Positions 22,631 through 37,000 of a stretch of 64,000 bases of DNA are shown here, in pieces; positions within the stretch are counted from its first letter, which is position 1; each line of letters opens with the position of its first letter. The notes under the pieces are model-generated. The model saw only the letters and a list, made by a program, of their open reading frames with translations, had not been told where the DNA came from and searched no databases. The position numbers and the translations under genes were made by a program. The DNA comes from Podarcis vaucheri. Taxonomy: Eukaryota. Location: the NCBI GenBank assembly GCA_965113315.1, contig OZ220370.1. One strand, written 5' to 3'.

Positions 22631-23740
22631 GCGACTTCTAGGATGAACATGTGAATAGTTCAGTTTTGTGATTAAGGTCTCAACATTTGTGTTCAATCTG
22701 TGCTGGTTCATTTGTAATATTTTTATTCTCAAATCAGCACAGATTTAGTGGACAAGCATTTTTAGTCATAATATCATTCCCCAGCCACATGGTCTCTTTT
22801 TGCAGAGGGGACAATAAGGCTGACATTCCCAAGACTACTTGCAACTGTGCTACAACATTAATCTAAATAACCAGAATAAGCAACCATTCTTTATTGTTGT
22901 TTTGTTTTGGTTTAATTATTGGGTTATTGTTTTGTTGTTTTGGTTTAATTATTTACTTGTGTTTTGTCTTGTGTTTTATTCTGTGAACTGCTCTGGGATT
23001 TCTTGATGAAGAGGAGTATATAAATAATTATTATTATCACCACCACCATCATCATCACCACCACCAGTGGACCAGTTGGACATTGCTGTGACTTTGTATT
23101 CTAAAAATATCACAAAGCATAAAATTAAAACCATTTTCCAGGAGTTCCCATTAATGTTATTCAACCTCATGCTAGATGAAATAAATGATAGATTGAATGA
23201 AAAATCGCCTGCCATAATTTGAGCATACTGACTAAAACTTGATCTATGATGTATGTTATGATTTTTTTGGAAGAGAACACCAGGACATTCACTTCATGTT
23301 CCCAAATGCTAAAACTGTCTATCCACCTGCTCCTGGCAATCCTGAAGAAGATAAACAGCTTGTTAGGGTAATGAAATCCATAAATGTTTTCTTACAGGAA
23401 ATTAGTTTTAGAGGCACATGTAATCAGTGTGAGCCATGCTATTTCCTTTCAAGTTGGAATGTTGAGAATTGGCTTAGCATGATTCATACAGAGTAATAGA
23501 TGACGTGTGCTTGGTGGTATTATGGATTGGGACAGTGGCTTACACCAGAAGGATTTGCTGACCTCTGCCTTGCTGAATCACTGCGGCATACTGGGATGGA
23601 GAGTGGAAGGGGCACCACAGCGTGGTCGGTGTGGTGCAAACATGCCTGCGGAGCCAATCTGGCACATTTGCATTGCACTGACCTCACCATTGCTGTCCCC
23701 TCCCCCATCCATCCCGCTGCTGCACCAGCCCAACCAGATA

Positions 23741-23982
23741 CAGTGGTACCTCAGGTTACATACGCTTCAGGTTACATATGCTTCAGGTTACAGACTCCAC
23801 TGACCCAGAAATAGTGCTTCAGGTTAAGAACTTTGCTTCAGGATGAGAACAGAAATCAGGCTCCGGTGGCGCGGCGGCAGCAGGAGGCCCCATTAGCTAA
23901 AGTGGTGCTTCAGGTTAAGAACCGTTTCAGGTTAAGAATGGACCTCCGGAACGAATTAAGTACTTAACCCAAGGTACCACTG
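23741..23982. mobile_element. Tc1/mariner-type MITE (CAGTGGTACC family)
   Basis: TIRs cagtggtacctcaggtta / taacccaaggtaccactg. TA on both sides. Internal repeats of gcttcaggtta. Confidence 0.9.
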
Positions 23983-24692
23983 TAGAAATAAAAAGATTGC
24001 TGCAGCCCCACCCCACCATCCACTGCTGCATGTGACTCATTGGGCTCCTCATCCCAATTATGCCCCCATTCTTTCCAGCCACCATATCCTCCCTAAACAG
24101 TATACCACACCCTTAGTTAAGATTATCCATTGCATTGCCAATGCACCGTTTTGTTGTATGGTTATTTTTGCCATGTGTTTTATTTTTTTTACCCCTAACT
24201 CTCTGGTGTTTTTTTCCAACCAACTTTTAAACTGAAAAAAGAATAATAAATCCTAACAGTTTGATGCAGTTTGTTAATCAGTTCAACTTTACCTTTCAGC
24301 CATTATTGAAAGGAAGCTTTCAGCGCTAGGATGAAAGACGTGAATAACAAACCCATTTTGTAACATGAGGAATTCTTGTTACTTCCCCTGCGATTCACCC
24401 CAGGAAGAGACTGGAGAGGACTTTGGGCTCGTGGCTGCTCATTCACTTCCTCTCCCAGTCTCTGCGGCCCTCTCCTTGCTCTTCTCACCAAAAAGTGCAC
24501 TGGGGAATTTTATAATACTTTGAATATGGCATCTCACCTTACTTGAGGAGATTAACCAATTGTTAACTCTGTATGACAGCTCCAAAAGGCTACAGAGAGA
24601 AATATCCGTGTTCACAGAAAGACGGTACATTATTAAAATGCATACTTCCTGGCTAAGGAATCAACATGCTGTTTCATTTTCTCATTGAAATC

Positions 24693-24976
24693 GTGTAGTG
24701 GTTAAGAGCGGCAGTCTCATAATCTGGGGAACCGGATTCGCTTCCCTGCTCCTCCACATGCAGCTGCTGGGTGACCTTGGGCTAGTCACACTTCTTTGAA
24801 GTCTCTCAGCCCCACTCACCTCACAGAGTGTTTGTTGTGGGGGAGGAAGGGAAAGGAGAATGCTAGCCACTTTGAGACTCCTTAAAGGGAGTGAAAGGCG
24901 GGATATCAAATCCAAACTCCTCCTCCTCCTCCTCCTCCTCCTCCTCCTCCTCTTCTTCTTCCTCTTCCTCTTCTTC
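24693..24976 (+). mobile_element. tRNA-derived SINE (Squam3/CORE-like) with (CTC)n(TTC)n tail
   Basis: A-box-like tgtagtggtt and B-box-like ggattcgcttccc. Core ctgggtgaccttgggctagtcac. Trinucleotide tail at 24917-24976. Family name is tentative. Confidence 0.75.
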
Positions 24977-25850
24977 GTAGTGGCAACCAGCATGCTGAAT
25001 TATGGCTCTACCAACAGCTACCCATGAAATGAAGTTTAAATAAAGTTACCATATCAGTATTGCTCCGCTGGATCCTCTTGGTTTTCCACAAATAAAGTAA
25101 ACCCATTAAAAGTAGTTGGCATGACTAACTTACATCCATTAATATCAATGGGTCTACTCTGAGTAAAGCATATTTGGCTGCACCCAACTGTCACTAAGCC
25201 CTTTTCTTCCATTGATGTGTGACAGACCAGAGACATGTCAGTTGCTGTTACATGGGTAAAATTTATTTTAATGGCAGAAGAGGGTTAGAATGGGTTTTAT
25301 TAATTAATTTTCTTCTGAGTTGCATATTGAATGGCTTTTATATGAATTGTGAAGCACTTTCAGACAAAAGTTGTGTGTGCGCATTGTGGCAAAGGGATGA
25401 TGCGAAAGAATAATTATTCTTGGTGTAAAAATAGTAGCCTAATAATTACGTGAACCATAATACTCTGTTGTTGACTTTAAGGATATTCAAATGGGTGTAA
25501 GTAAATTATAGTATTAAAGGAGTTTAAATTCAGTTGGCTAGCAGAATAAGTAATTGCCTGACTATGGTTTAAAGAGCTATTCTGGTCATATTAATTATAG
25601 AGAAGAAAAACTGAATATGTGTGTTTTTAAGGTAAAGAGGTGTGTGGGTGTAGAGAAATATGACTGCGTGAATACAGCAGCAAGGACACAGAATGTGATT
25701 TTGCAGTACATTATTGTGGGATTTAATACGAAAATCTGAACGCTTTGGAAAAAAGAATTCTAAAATAGCATGTTATAATTCTGCAACCTTGTGCAGTAGT
25801 TGATTACAGGGACATATACTGGAATTGTTTGGCTATTTGTAACACTTTCT

Positions 25851-26291
25851 CTTTTTTAATAAAAATTTTATTGGTTTTACAAAGTTTTTTAAAAAACAAA
25901 CAAACACTTAAAAAGACATACAAACACGTATAATTTCATAACATTTTTTCATAAACCTCTTTTCCGGGACTCCCCCATACCCCCCCTTTCTGCATCCCAA
26001 TGTCCAAAATTTTATAGCAACTCCCAATTGTTCCTTTCCACCCTCTGTCATCTTAGTCTTTTCTGTATTCTGACCTTATATCACTGTATCCCTTTATTCC
26101 TGAAAACCACAACATTCTAACATTCATCAAGTTTATAATAGTCCTTAAGATAGCTTTTAAATTTTCTCCATTCTTCTTCCGCCGTCTCTTTTCCCTGATC
26201 ACGGATTCTGCCTGTCATCTCAGCCAGTGTCATATAGTCCATCACCTTCATCTGCCATTCTTCCAGAGTGGGTAGATCTTGTGTCTTCCAA
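25851..26291 (-). mobile_element. 5'-truncated L1 (ORF2 C-terminus, 3' UTR, A tail)
   Basis: 17-bp TSD tatttgtaacactttct (25834-25850 and 26292-26308). WKTQDLPTLEEWQMKVMDYMTLAEMTGRIR is homologous to WKQEGVPTVEEWRTKLIEYAELDKLTGKIR in the intact ORF2. Confidence 0.9.
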
Positions 26292-26978
26292 TATTTGTAA
26301 CACTTTCTTAACTCATTGTGTATGGGAGGCAGATGAGTGGTATCTTTATATAGCAGAGGAGAAGTTATGGGGGAAACACTTCTGCAAAAAAACCTTATTG
26401 ACATTTGCTCTGATACAGTGGTAAAATGTGGGTTTTCCCAGGGAAACAACAAAAACAAAACCTCTCAGGCATGGAGTTTTAAAGCCCAGATCTGTGTCTA
26501 GAAATGCAGCACAAAAGGAAGACTAGATGAGCCCTATGTTGAGCAGAGGAATGACAGGGAAAGAGGCTGTTTAGGACTTTCCCTTTCCACATTTGTCCCC
26601 TCAAAATCATCTTGCACTAGCTGAGGTTCCCCCCCCCTCTCTGCAGAAGAAATGGTATGGAAACCCCATGCCAGTTGTTTTTTTTTGGGGGGGGAGGTTT
26701 TAGTGGGAAAAGTTTAAAGGCACACTATCCCACTCCTCTTGCACTCCCATTCACAACTTTCAGTGTTGCTTTTCAGCAGCAAGAGGGAATGTCAGGTATC
26801 TGCATGACTAGTTTATCTCTAAATTTATGGGATCAGTCTTTTCTGAGATTGGAAACTTTCAGTTTCCATCTGAAAACATGAGTAACTTATGCAGGCTAGT
26901 TAACACAAAAATAAATGGGTCAGATATGCTGATGGTATATCTCTGGTAATGCATCTGCTTTTGACCTGATTTATACTA

Positions 26979-27239
26979 CAGTGGACGCTCAGGTTGCGAA
27001 CGTGATCCGTGTGGGAGGCACGTTCACAACCCGCAGCGTTCACAACCCACAGTGCCACGTCTGTGCATGCATGGGTCGTGATTCAGCGCTTCTGCACATG
27101 CGCAAAGTGCGATTTAGTTATTCTGTGCATGCGCGAGCGCTGAAACCCGGAAGTAACCCATGCTGGTACTTCTGGGTTCGGCGCGGTGCACAACCCGAAA
27201 TCACGCAACCTGAAGCGTCTGTAACCCGAGGTATAACTG
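26979..27239. mobile_element. Tc1/mariner-type MITE (CAGTGG family)
   Basis: Ends cagtggacgctcaggttgc / gtaacccgaggtataactg with TA on both sides. Related to 61207-61458. Confidence 0.8.
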
Positions 27240-30200
27240 TATTGGTTAACTACAGAAGTTCAGTTTCACTGCTACTTGTATTCAAGGATCGTGATGCATT
27301 AATATTTTCTCTAGGTGATTATTGCTATGCATTGGTCCTTAACTGTTATCAGTAGAGAAAGGAAGAGATGATACACAGGTGCCTTTTTAGGAATTAAAAG
27401 TAAGTGATTAGAACAACAGGTAAACAGCAGTACGTCAGTTGTAGCCCTTTGGGCTCCAGAATGATACCAAAACAATACAAAATAAATAACATACCTTGAT
27501 AGCACAAGTGTTGTAAAAACTCATGTTTGGACAACAGTACACTTGCTCTTCTTCTGTATCGTTCCGCAGCACATTTGAATTGATTTTTAACTTGATCCTA
27601 TTAAACACCTTTCTTTAGCTGCTTACAGCAGAAGTTTTAGAATCAGCACCTGCAGAATGCTTGTCTTCTCCAGAGCTCCCGCCATACTCCTTTTAGAATA
27701 TGGTTCACCTTGCATTCAGATTTCACTTATACTTCCCACGCTATTGGTGCTTAAATCTTCCTAGGCAGGTGCAATTTGTTTGGGCCTTTTTTGCGTGGTG
27801 ACAATTTGCTTTCCTCCAATCAAGAAAAAAGAAGCACGCTGGATTTAAGCCTAAGGACAATTACATTATGCAACACTATCAACATTTAACTCCCCGCCCC
27901 CTTTCCCAGGTCAAATGAAGTTGCTGTATGTGGAAGTAATGCCGTCAAAATTCCTCACTGTTGAAGTGCCATTTAAGGCTGAATGAGACAAGTTGGAAAG
28001 ATTGCTTGTTTCAACGTTGCTTATAGGCTAGCAGCATTAATTGTTACATTTGATTGCATTTCAGAACAGCCAAGAATCAAACATTACAAGTGACATTCTG
28101 CACTGAGAACTGCACACCATTTTCATCTCCTAAACACGCAACAAGTGAAAATGGAAAACTGACTACTGGAGGTATGGTTTCTTTTATTTCTTTCACTGCA
28201 TACGTTTGTTCAGAAATTTGACAGAAGATTTCTAGTGAACATGCTCTCATCAAGGCCAGAAGGACTCTAGCCCCCAGCTTCATTCAGCACATGCCTTGCA
28301 TCTTATGAACATGGAGTGATTGATGATCACATTCCACAACCACCTGGTCTGGTTTCATGATGTTGTTTTTAGTTGCTGCAGGCACATTTATAATGTAATC
28401 ATGCCGAGTCTAAAGGTTACATTTATTGGCATTTGATAATTTCTCATTATTATTCATCGTGGATCATCCCTAGATGTGATCAATGTTTGATGTTTCTTAT
28501 TCTTTGAGGCTGTTTGTGGTTTTGTGATGTTAACACATTACTGCGGCTTATGGCTTTGCACTGGCCTGGCATTCATTGCACCAAATCCAAAGCATCTATT
28601 TTCCTGCACAGCAGCATGTAAGCTCATAAAACATAATTCTTTGGATTTGCTTTTAATGCACCTATACAAATTATGTCCCTGAAGAGGCAACAGCATTTAA
28701 TTTTATATGCATTAAAGGCTCCCTTCAGCCAATAAAAGCATCCGCATTAGAACTGTGTGGTGTTTTATTTCACCTTGGGGATTTCCTTTGGTAGACAATG
28801 AGCTCCGTTCATCAAAGGCACCGTTTGACAGTCTCAGGAGCATTCTTAATGCTAATTATTTTACCTTGCTGCCTAACAAGGTCCAATAGATTTTCTTAAT
28901 TGACGGCAAAGGTATCCTTATATCAGAAGGACTGATGGTGCAGATTATGAGTAGTGTTGTTTTAAATGCAGAAATAAAAACTTAAGCCTCCAGTAATGAG
29001 TAGTTTAGGTTAGTGTTGGACATAGCGTGAACCTTTTAGTTCTAAAGGCTGGAGAAAATGTAGCTTGTCAGAGGAATGGCAGCAAAACCCTCCTCCCTGT
29101 GGTGCTTGATCTCTTCTTGCTTATAACGTTGGAGGTTATTCCATAATCAGGCTGGCCATCATATTGTCAGCCTCCCTGTCATTTCCAGTGTCTACCGAGT
29201 ATGCGTATTCTAGTGCCTACCGAGTATGCACATGTGTGGGTTGATCTCCACATGGTAAGTAATTCTAAATGTCACAGGCCAGATAAGAATCAGTTGCCAT
29301 GGGGAGACCATTCTCAGCAGCAGCTGCACATGGCAACCGAAAAGTGTGTTCCAGCCTTTGAAAAATATTCATGATCAGGAATCTTGAACAGTACATATTA
29401 GGAATGTGCAGCAACTACCTTATTCCTCTTTTATCCGTAGTGTGTGGAAGCAGCTGATCGGTTGCAGTTTCTCTCTGTGTCATTTTGATTCTATTTGTTA
29501 TTTGGTTCCAGATCTGATCTCTTAAATCTGAAGCTCTATTTTGTCCCCGCTATTTAAAAATGGCAATACGTTTTCACAAGGGTGGCTGTCTTCATTAGAA
29601 GTATAAGGATGCCAAATTTCAGGCAGCTCCATCTCCAGGGATTTTTGGGCAGCAAACTTTTAAAATAGTTTTTCTTTAAAGAAAAAGTCTCCATTTTTTT
29701 ATTTTCTGCCAGAATTGCATATAAACTGAAACTTGCCAAATCTCAGAAAGATAAGGTTAAGACAGATAAGTATCCAGTCGTCTTCAGTACCATCATAAAA
29801 CACACATATATACCTGAGGTGCTATAAACAGTCCATATGCTTTTGATGGCATAGCATGACAAAACAAGTTCTTGGGTTATTTTCAGGCAATCTACTACAA
29901 ACAGTTTTGTCAAATTATTGAAAAATCTAAACTAAGTAAAGAAAGCAGGGTGTAATCTACACACATGTTAAAAAGGTTGTGAATATGCTTTTTTTATAAA
30001 AAAAAATCACTATGAAAAATGCATTGAATTTGCTATAGCTCACAGTCCCCATCTAATGTCACAATTGTATATTGCACTTTACAACACATTCACAACGTTT
30101 TATTTGCAGCTGTATAGCGGAGTCACAGGATTTTTTCCTAGCTAAGGGAGTTGGTTTTGCTATCAAAAAATAGGTTTGCTTTCACTTTGTTGCTTGTATA

Positions 30201-30834
30201 TTGACTGAAAACAAGATGCAATGGATGTGTTTAGCTCTGTATGAGGGGGAATGGTTACTGGGGAATGGTTTCAAATGTATGTGAGGCTGGTTGCGTTTTC
30301 CTTTGGTCTGCTACTGTGGATGTGTGGTTTTATTGGTTTTCATGATGAAATTTAATGGGGGGAGTATTGTTTTATAGTTTGAAATAATGCTTTTGTTTTC
30401 TGACTTTTTAGCCACTATGAGTTTGTCAGAAAGGAGGCAAGATATAAGTTTTTAAAATAAGTAAATACAAACTTGCATAGTTAAGTATAAATCAGGAATA
30501 CATTTAATAAAGTTATTATGGAAGCAGATTTTGAAACACAGTATTTTGAAATGAATTTTATTACCACTGATAGGTGGATTTAGCTGTGGACTATTTGATA
30601 AGAAAGGAAGAACAGGATAAATAATGGCATAACCGTGACCTCACTGTTCTGATACATCTTGGATTCAGGGTTTGCTTTCAGAAGCCATCTTGGACTTACC
30701 TCAATTACAAAAGGAGAAAGGTGGGTTTTTTCGTTTATAAGAGTTTAGCTTCAGTCCATCACCCATGCAGTGCTCAAGCTCTTTGTGGGTGGCTGCTGCT
30801 GGTGATCTCATACACATTCCCGGTCCATATATAT

Positions 30835-31085
30835 AATAGGTAGGCAAACTAAGGCCTAGGGGCTTGATCCAGCCCAGTCACCTTCTAAATCTGGCCCATG
30901 GATGGTCCAGGAATCAGTATGTTTTTACATGAGTAGAATGTGTGCTTTTATTTAAAAGGCATCTCTGGGTTATTTGTGGGGCATAGGAATTCATTCATAT
31001 ATATTTTTCATAATATAGTCCAGCCTCCCACAAGGTCTGAGGGACAGTGGACTGGCCCCTTGCTGAAAAAGTTTGCTGACCCCTG
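30835..31085. mobile_element. hAT-type MITE
   Basis: Degenerate TIRs ...ggtaggcaaact / agtttgctgacccctg. 8-bp atatatat on both sides. Subterminal ggccc repeats. Confidence 0.75.
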
Positions 31086-34000
31086 ATATATATATGGATG
31101 TCTTCAAAGCCCCTGTGATTCTGACTCCAGCAGTATTCAAGTCTTGTGGGTTTTCCTTGAAGAAGCTTCTCTGATAACTGAGACCTGCTCTTCACTTACT
31201 ACCAGACTATATGTTTTAGAAGGCATTCTGTACAGAAGATGTCCCTTCACCCTTGCACTTAGGAGACAGTGACAATGGGTGCTTATAGAGTATTCAGACA
31301 CATGCTGGAAGCACCCATTGTCAACTTCCTCACTTCAGATGGATTCAGAAGGAAGCTGTTTGTATTTTGGATTAACTGTAAACTGTGCTAAAGGCAGTCA
31401 TGGTGAAGATTATTGGGCCAACATAGTATTTTGTAGACAGCTTCTTTCTGGCCATACTGAGACATGCTTCCTTCTCTGGAATTGGTGCGTTCACTCTATA
31501 ATATTTCTAGTTGCCACTGAACAGGCAGGAAATGGTATCCCATTTAACAAGCGGTCATTGGTTCTGGATTAATTGGACTCAGCTGTAGGTGTTTTGTTCA
31601 CTCTGTTTTCCAGTTCATATTGGCCTTCATGCCACCTGGCAAAGAAATACACAGTAAAGTGGCTGGCCTTGCTTCAGGCACATGTAGTATAGGTAACCAC
31701 CAGCAAGAATGATGGGGACATGAATGGCTTTCCTACTGCCTAAGCTTCACGTGCAAAATCATACTGCTATACTATGCACATGCACTCTGGGTCCTTAGAG
31801 AACAGCAGCTACTAGATTGTATTGAACTGTAAATTTCAAGGAAGGGTCAAATCAGTCATAGACTATTTTGAGAAAGGCGGGTAACTGGTTCTAGAAAATA
31901 GAAGACCCTTAATTTTATCACTCTTCTGGAAATTGCCTTAACTCTGAAGTCATGTTGATGTTTGTTGATCTGCTATCATGAAAACTGCATTAGCTCTCTG
32001 GAGGCACACATCAGTCTAAATGTTTGTCATTGTATATAATGATTAAAGAGCTCTCTGAGGTCTGTAAGCTCAAATAAGTATATGATTTTATGTAAGTGTT
32101 AAAAGAGAAATCTGTGCCATTGTTCAAAAGCAGCTGCCAGACCTAAAGTTCACGCAAAAACCCTTTCAAGATCATGTAAAATTGCACTGATGTGGCAGCT
32201 GCTAATTTGGTTCTCTGTAAAGAATCTTTCCCATCTGTTCACCGAAGATTTTGAAAGATTCCTTTTTCTTTGCATGTCATTTCTTTCCCCCCTTCCTTTG
32301 CTCATATTTCCTATCAAATTATTTATATATCATAGTGAGGATTTTAAAAATGACTGCCCATTTTGTATCCTTGCATTGTTTATTTTATAGTTTGATTACA
32401 GAACTTTAATCATAGGCTGTAGTTCACAGTTACACATGTGCAACTGTTCCTCAGATTGTTTGGAATCCCACACATGCTAGTCAATTAATGGACTTTGTAA
32501 GTGGTTGTTTGTGCTTGCTCATTTGTCCTCTGTGGCTTGTTCTTCTGTCACTTTACTCTCAGCTCTCTTTCATCTTTGGTAAGCATGGGTGCTTGTACAT
32601 TAGCCATATTCTGTGGTATTCAGAGGAAAAAAACCAGATTTTGAAAAGCTAAACAGCTCAATGAAAGATACAAAGCTTGGGGAAATAAAGAGGTGTTGGT
32701 AGACAGGTGAGCCTCTTTGAGGAGTGCATTCGAAAGCTGGGGTGCCACCACTGAAAAGGCCCTCTTTCCACTCCCTTGTAGACTGTATTCTCAAATATGG
32801 TGAAAAACATAAAGATACCCACTGCTGCCTTGGCCCACATCCTGAACTCCTCTGCAAGCAGGATTCACCATCCACTTTGGTAGAGGCAAATATTTTCCCC
32901 ATCTCTCAGCATGTGCAGGATTGTACCTTCTACTGTAATGAATGGGGAAGCTCTTCAGGGTTTAAGAGCTTTGCATGCCCATCAGAACATTCATGCCTGC
33001 AATAAGGCATTGGATAAAGTCAAATATCTTTAGTGAAATCCTTGCAGAGCCCAGTATTTTAAATTCATTATATAAATTAATTGTGACTTCTGATACCCTA
33101 GCTGCTCTGTTCTGGATATTTTGCAATTCTGATTGTACAAGGCATCTGCTTGACAAACAAGCTCCTTTCCTGAATTGCCGGGGCTCTGACATTGCTGCAG
33201 CGGCTATTTGTCATCCTAAAGAACCATACATCACCATCAGAAGGAAAATTATCCTGACGAGATTGCTGCAGTTTTCATTGTTACGGTGTAGCTGCTTTCC
33301 ATGGGCCATCAATTCCAGCAAAGAGATGTAGCAGCATGTATTTGAAGCAAATTGTTACTGGCACCTGCTTGTGTGTCTTATAAAAAGTTGGAGCCCGCAA
33401 TCGACTGCTAAAAGGCCACTGGGTGTACGTAATTCTGAATGGAAGAAAATGAATGTGGTTAACTTGTTCCTATGAAAATTGGTTTTAATATGGCATATAG
33501 GGGTAAAGTATAGAGTCCGAATACCTTCAAAACTTACATTTATGTAATTGTTGGGAGGGGGCAGTAAGCGGATATAATAACTGGAAGGAGACTGCAGAAA
33601 ACCACCTGCGTGGATTTAAAATTAGATGTGTTCTTATATCACTTTCAGTGCAGCTTAATCTAGTAATTGGTACTCTTGTCTTCTGAAGGCCTATGAATGG
33701 GTATAATAGCCTTGTGCTGGCATCCATAGCCTTGTGCTGGAATTCAGAAGCAACCTTGCCCAGCACTGTCAGACAGTATGGTGGTGGCAGCAGCCAGTTC
33801 CTGCCACATGTAACAGAGCCACTGACACAGTAGGAAGAAGATAAGAGTCATTCCAGGGCATCCTGCCTTTTGGGATGTGGACAACTCCTCTATCTTCCTT
33901 GTGAGCTTTTTGGGGAGGCTAGGGTGGTGGTGGTTCTGCTGCTAATCTGAGGTAAGGGCTGCAGCTAGAGTGCAACAAACCACTGTTTATGCCTGAAAGG

Positions 34001-37000
34001 TGTTTGTAATTGAAGTGCCAGAATATAGCTCGTTATTAGTGACCTTTTAGCCCTAGTACTAAATTAGACCCCTTAAGTCAAATTCTTCAAGACAACCCAG
34101 CGATCCTTCCTTTTTTTTAGAGAGATGGCATAACAAATGGATCAGTTTAGTCCTGCAGCCACACTTACAGTGTCACTTTGTATGTAATACGTGATGGCAC
34201 CAATTGATTAGATTTCTTAAATGATCATGAAAAGTGCTAACCTCTTACAAGGGCATTGGCTTCAAGGGTGTTCTGGAGGAGGGAGGAAGAAGGATTTTGA
34301 CAGCCTACTGTTAGTACTAGTCTAGTTTAGCAGCCAACTAGGCACAACACTTTTGAAAGCTAACTAGGCTATTAATTTATGTTTTTTTAAAGGAGGACAG
34401 CAGTGTTTTCTGACAGCAGTGTTATCTTGACATTAAGCATAACCTTGTTTTATATATCATTTGCTATTGCTGTACAGTATCTTTTGAGAGAAAATATTAT
34501 TTGCAATTTCTATCTAATCAACATTCTTGGAGAATACATAGCAATAATATCTTTCTATGCATTCATTTTTGACTAAGCAAAAAGTGACTCAAATATTACC
34601 TCGATTTTCTAAATGTTTTGTTTTCATTTCATGTGGAAGAGAGCACAAATGAAATGGCAAATTATTTCTTCTTTTTAAACTTTGCTCCTACTGTGCAAAT
34701 AACAGTTTGACCAAATACCTGGTACGAGATGAAATTATCTGGTTTCCTATTATATTGAATTATCTAGTCAAACATTGAGACAACATTTGGATGGCAAAAG
34801 GTATTTCATTACCCCATCTTATTATTCTTCTCTTGTCTTCCAGCTGTTTTATCTCAGCTCCTTAGGATGAAAACAGATATAGCATTTTAAATGTGCACAC
34901 ACTTGCTGCATTCTGAAGTGTTTGTTTTCAGGTTGTGAATGTGGGTTCAAGTAGTTTTCACCACACTTGAAATCATATGTCTTCACAGTTAAGATTCCAA
35001 AAACTCTTTGTAATGGGGCTGTATTTTGTGATAATAAGTTTCTTCATAATTATTTCTGTATTATTCCTGATATTCTCAGTATTCTTCCTAAGATTTATTG
35101 AACAGATTGAATTCTCTGTGTTGCATCATTATCAACTGTTAATTGGATTTAACCTGGAACCTGAGGCAAGAAGGGCTTTCATAAGTCCAGTTCTATTTTT
35201 GCTGATGGAAGGGGTAAAGGAGAAAGAAACTGCTGCTACAGTGATGGAATGGTTGCCATTTTCCATGCATGTTCAGTCTGGGAAGTGAGAAAACTAAACC
35301 AGAAATTGCAAAATGGTGTAAACATGACAGGCATACACCAGGCATCCCTGGGAACACTGTCAGTGTCTACTGTGCCAGTGTACATCCATGGCCAAGGAAT
35401 CAACACACACCGTCAGGTGGGCAAGAGGTCATTCTATAACATAGACAAATCAAACACAAGCATATCATAATATTTCCAAGCTGTGCCTATGGATCTGAGG
35501 GGTGGGGTGGGGACCTGCTTAAATATGGTGAATTAATGGTGGTGAACAGGAGGTGGCCAGTGGCTTGTTGGGACAGCCCCATGGTTGTCACGGCAGCCAT
35601 AAAGTCCCGAGACACCCCAGATCAGCCACCTTGGCATGGATGCTAAAGCCCCCCAGAACCAGCAGTCTGGGAGTCATCAAACACCGCTTACAAAATCAGC
35701 TCTGTCAGCTAAGGCAGGGAGACTGCTGGGCAGTGAGTCAAGTCAAGGTGCAGGACACCAGGGCAGCAAACATATCAGTAGTTTAACATATTGACTGGCT
35801 GTCATGGCCAGTAGTAAACACATATACAGCTTTTATTGTTCTTTGGTTTATCTGTTTACAGTGAAGACAAGAATCTCCTTCTAACAATCAATGACACCCT
35901 TTGATAGACTGTTACAATTTAATAGGGCACTTTTTTGCAGGCATGGTGCATTCTTTATGACAGTTGTTAAGATAAATGCCAACGAAACAAGTAGAATTGT
36001 TTTGTCAGCATTATTTAAATGTAGAGGATGCTGTAAGAGCCTCTTGGTAACAAAAATGCATTTTAATAAGCAGTTGCTTGATTCCAGACCTGACAAAACA
36101 TGCACTCTTTGTTTATTGTAGGAGAGCAATGACAGAACACTAGTTTGAATAAGATTCTCATTTCCATTAGAAGTGTTCTGGCAGTTATGACCTTCTTTTA
36201 AATCTATCAAGAAGGTCTAGAGGGCAGACATATACCTTTTCTGGAAACTGATGTTCTGCTATGATTTAAACATTTTTTTGCGCAACATGAGATATTGCAC
36301 TTGCCTCCAAAAATATATATCTCCTCATTCAATTTGACTTATATACTGTGGATGGCATCCAATATTGTACAAAGAAAGGGCAGTGTGCAACAGATCTTTC
36401 CCTTCTCCTCCTTCCCCATGCAGGTCCCTGTTGCTTTAAAAGCCTCTGCAGAAGATCAGGAGGACCTAGCAAACATTGCATGTTGGGTCATATGGGGTTG
36501 TAGGGGGAGGGGGCAATGGCCTGAAACTGGATTGCCCTGGATGGTCCTCTGCCTGATTTCAGGATATTCCACCCCACTACCTGTGGTCCTGAGTGACACA
36601 GTTCACAGGTCTTGTTGGGACCTCCCAACCTTCTGGAGATGCTTTTTGAGGACTGTTGGGGAGGATAAGGAGGGGAGATTAATTGCACATGCTAGCCTTC
36701 CACTCACACAGTGTTGGATACATATATAATTTAGAAGAGAAGTTTGCTCTTATCAGCTCTTACCTTGAAAGTTCTTGCAGAACATCTGAGATAACGTGCA
36801 TAATTAGCGATGCAAGTTCTGCAGTTTGCTAATACATTGAAAAGAATTCAATGGCAGACAATAGCTAGAAGACTCAAGACTGAAAACATAAAGTCTGAAA
36901 GCATAAAGTCTGTTAGTGGAAAAGCCCTTAAACAATTATGGACTTTGGTCCTTAACCCTGGCATTTATCCCATCTTAGAAGAACTTTCTAAACAGTAGCA

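Noticed and set aside
23230-23400. Possible host exons at strong acceptor-like sites (also near 12600, 32780 and 40725)
   Set aside because: No consistent open frame with a matching donor or recognisable protein. RNA-seq would be needed to exclude small or non-coding exons.
23741-23940. Regularly repeated gcttcaggtta units resembling a spaced array
   Set aside because: These are internal repeats of a TA-flanked MITE in a eukaryotic context, not a CRISPR array.
24682-24993. 103-aa ORF with a poly-Arg/Lys tract
   Set aside because: It is the antisense reading of a SINE and its (CTC)n tail.
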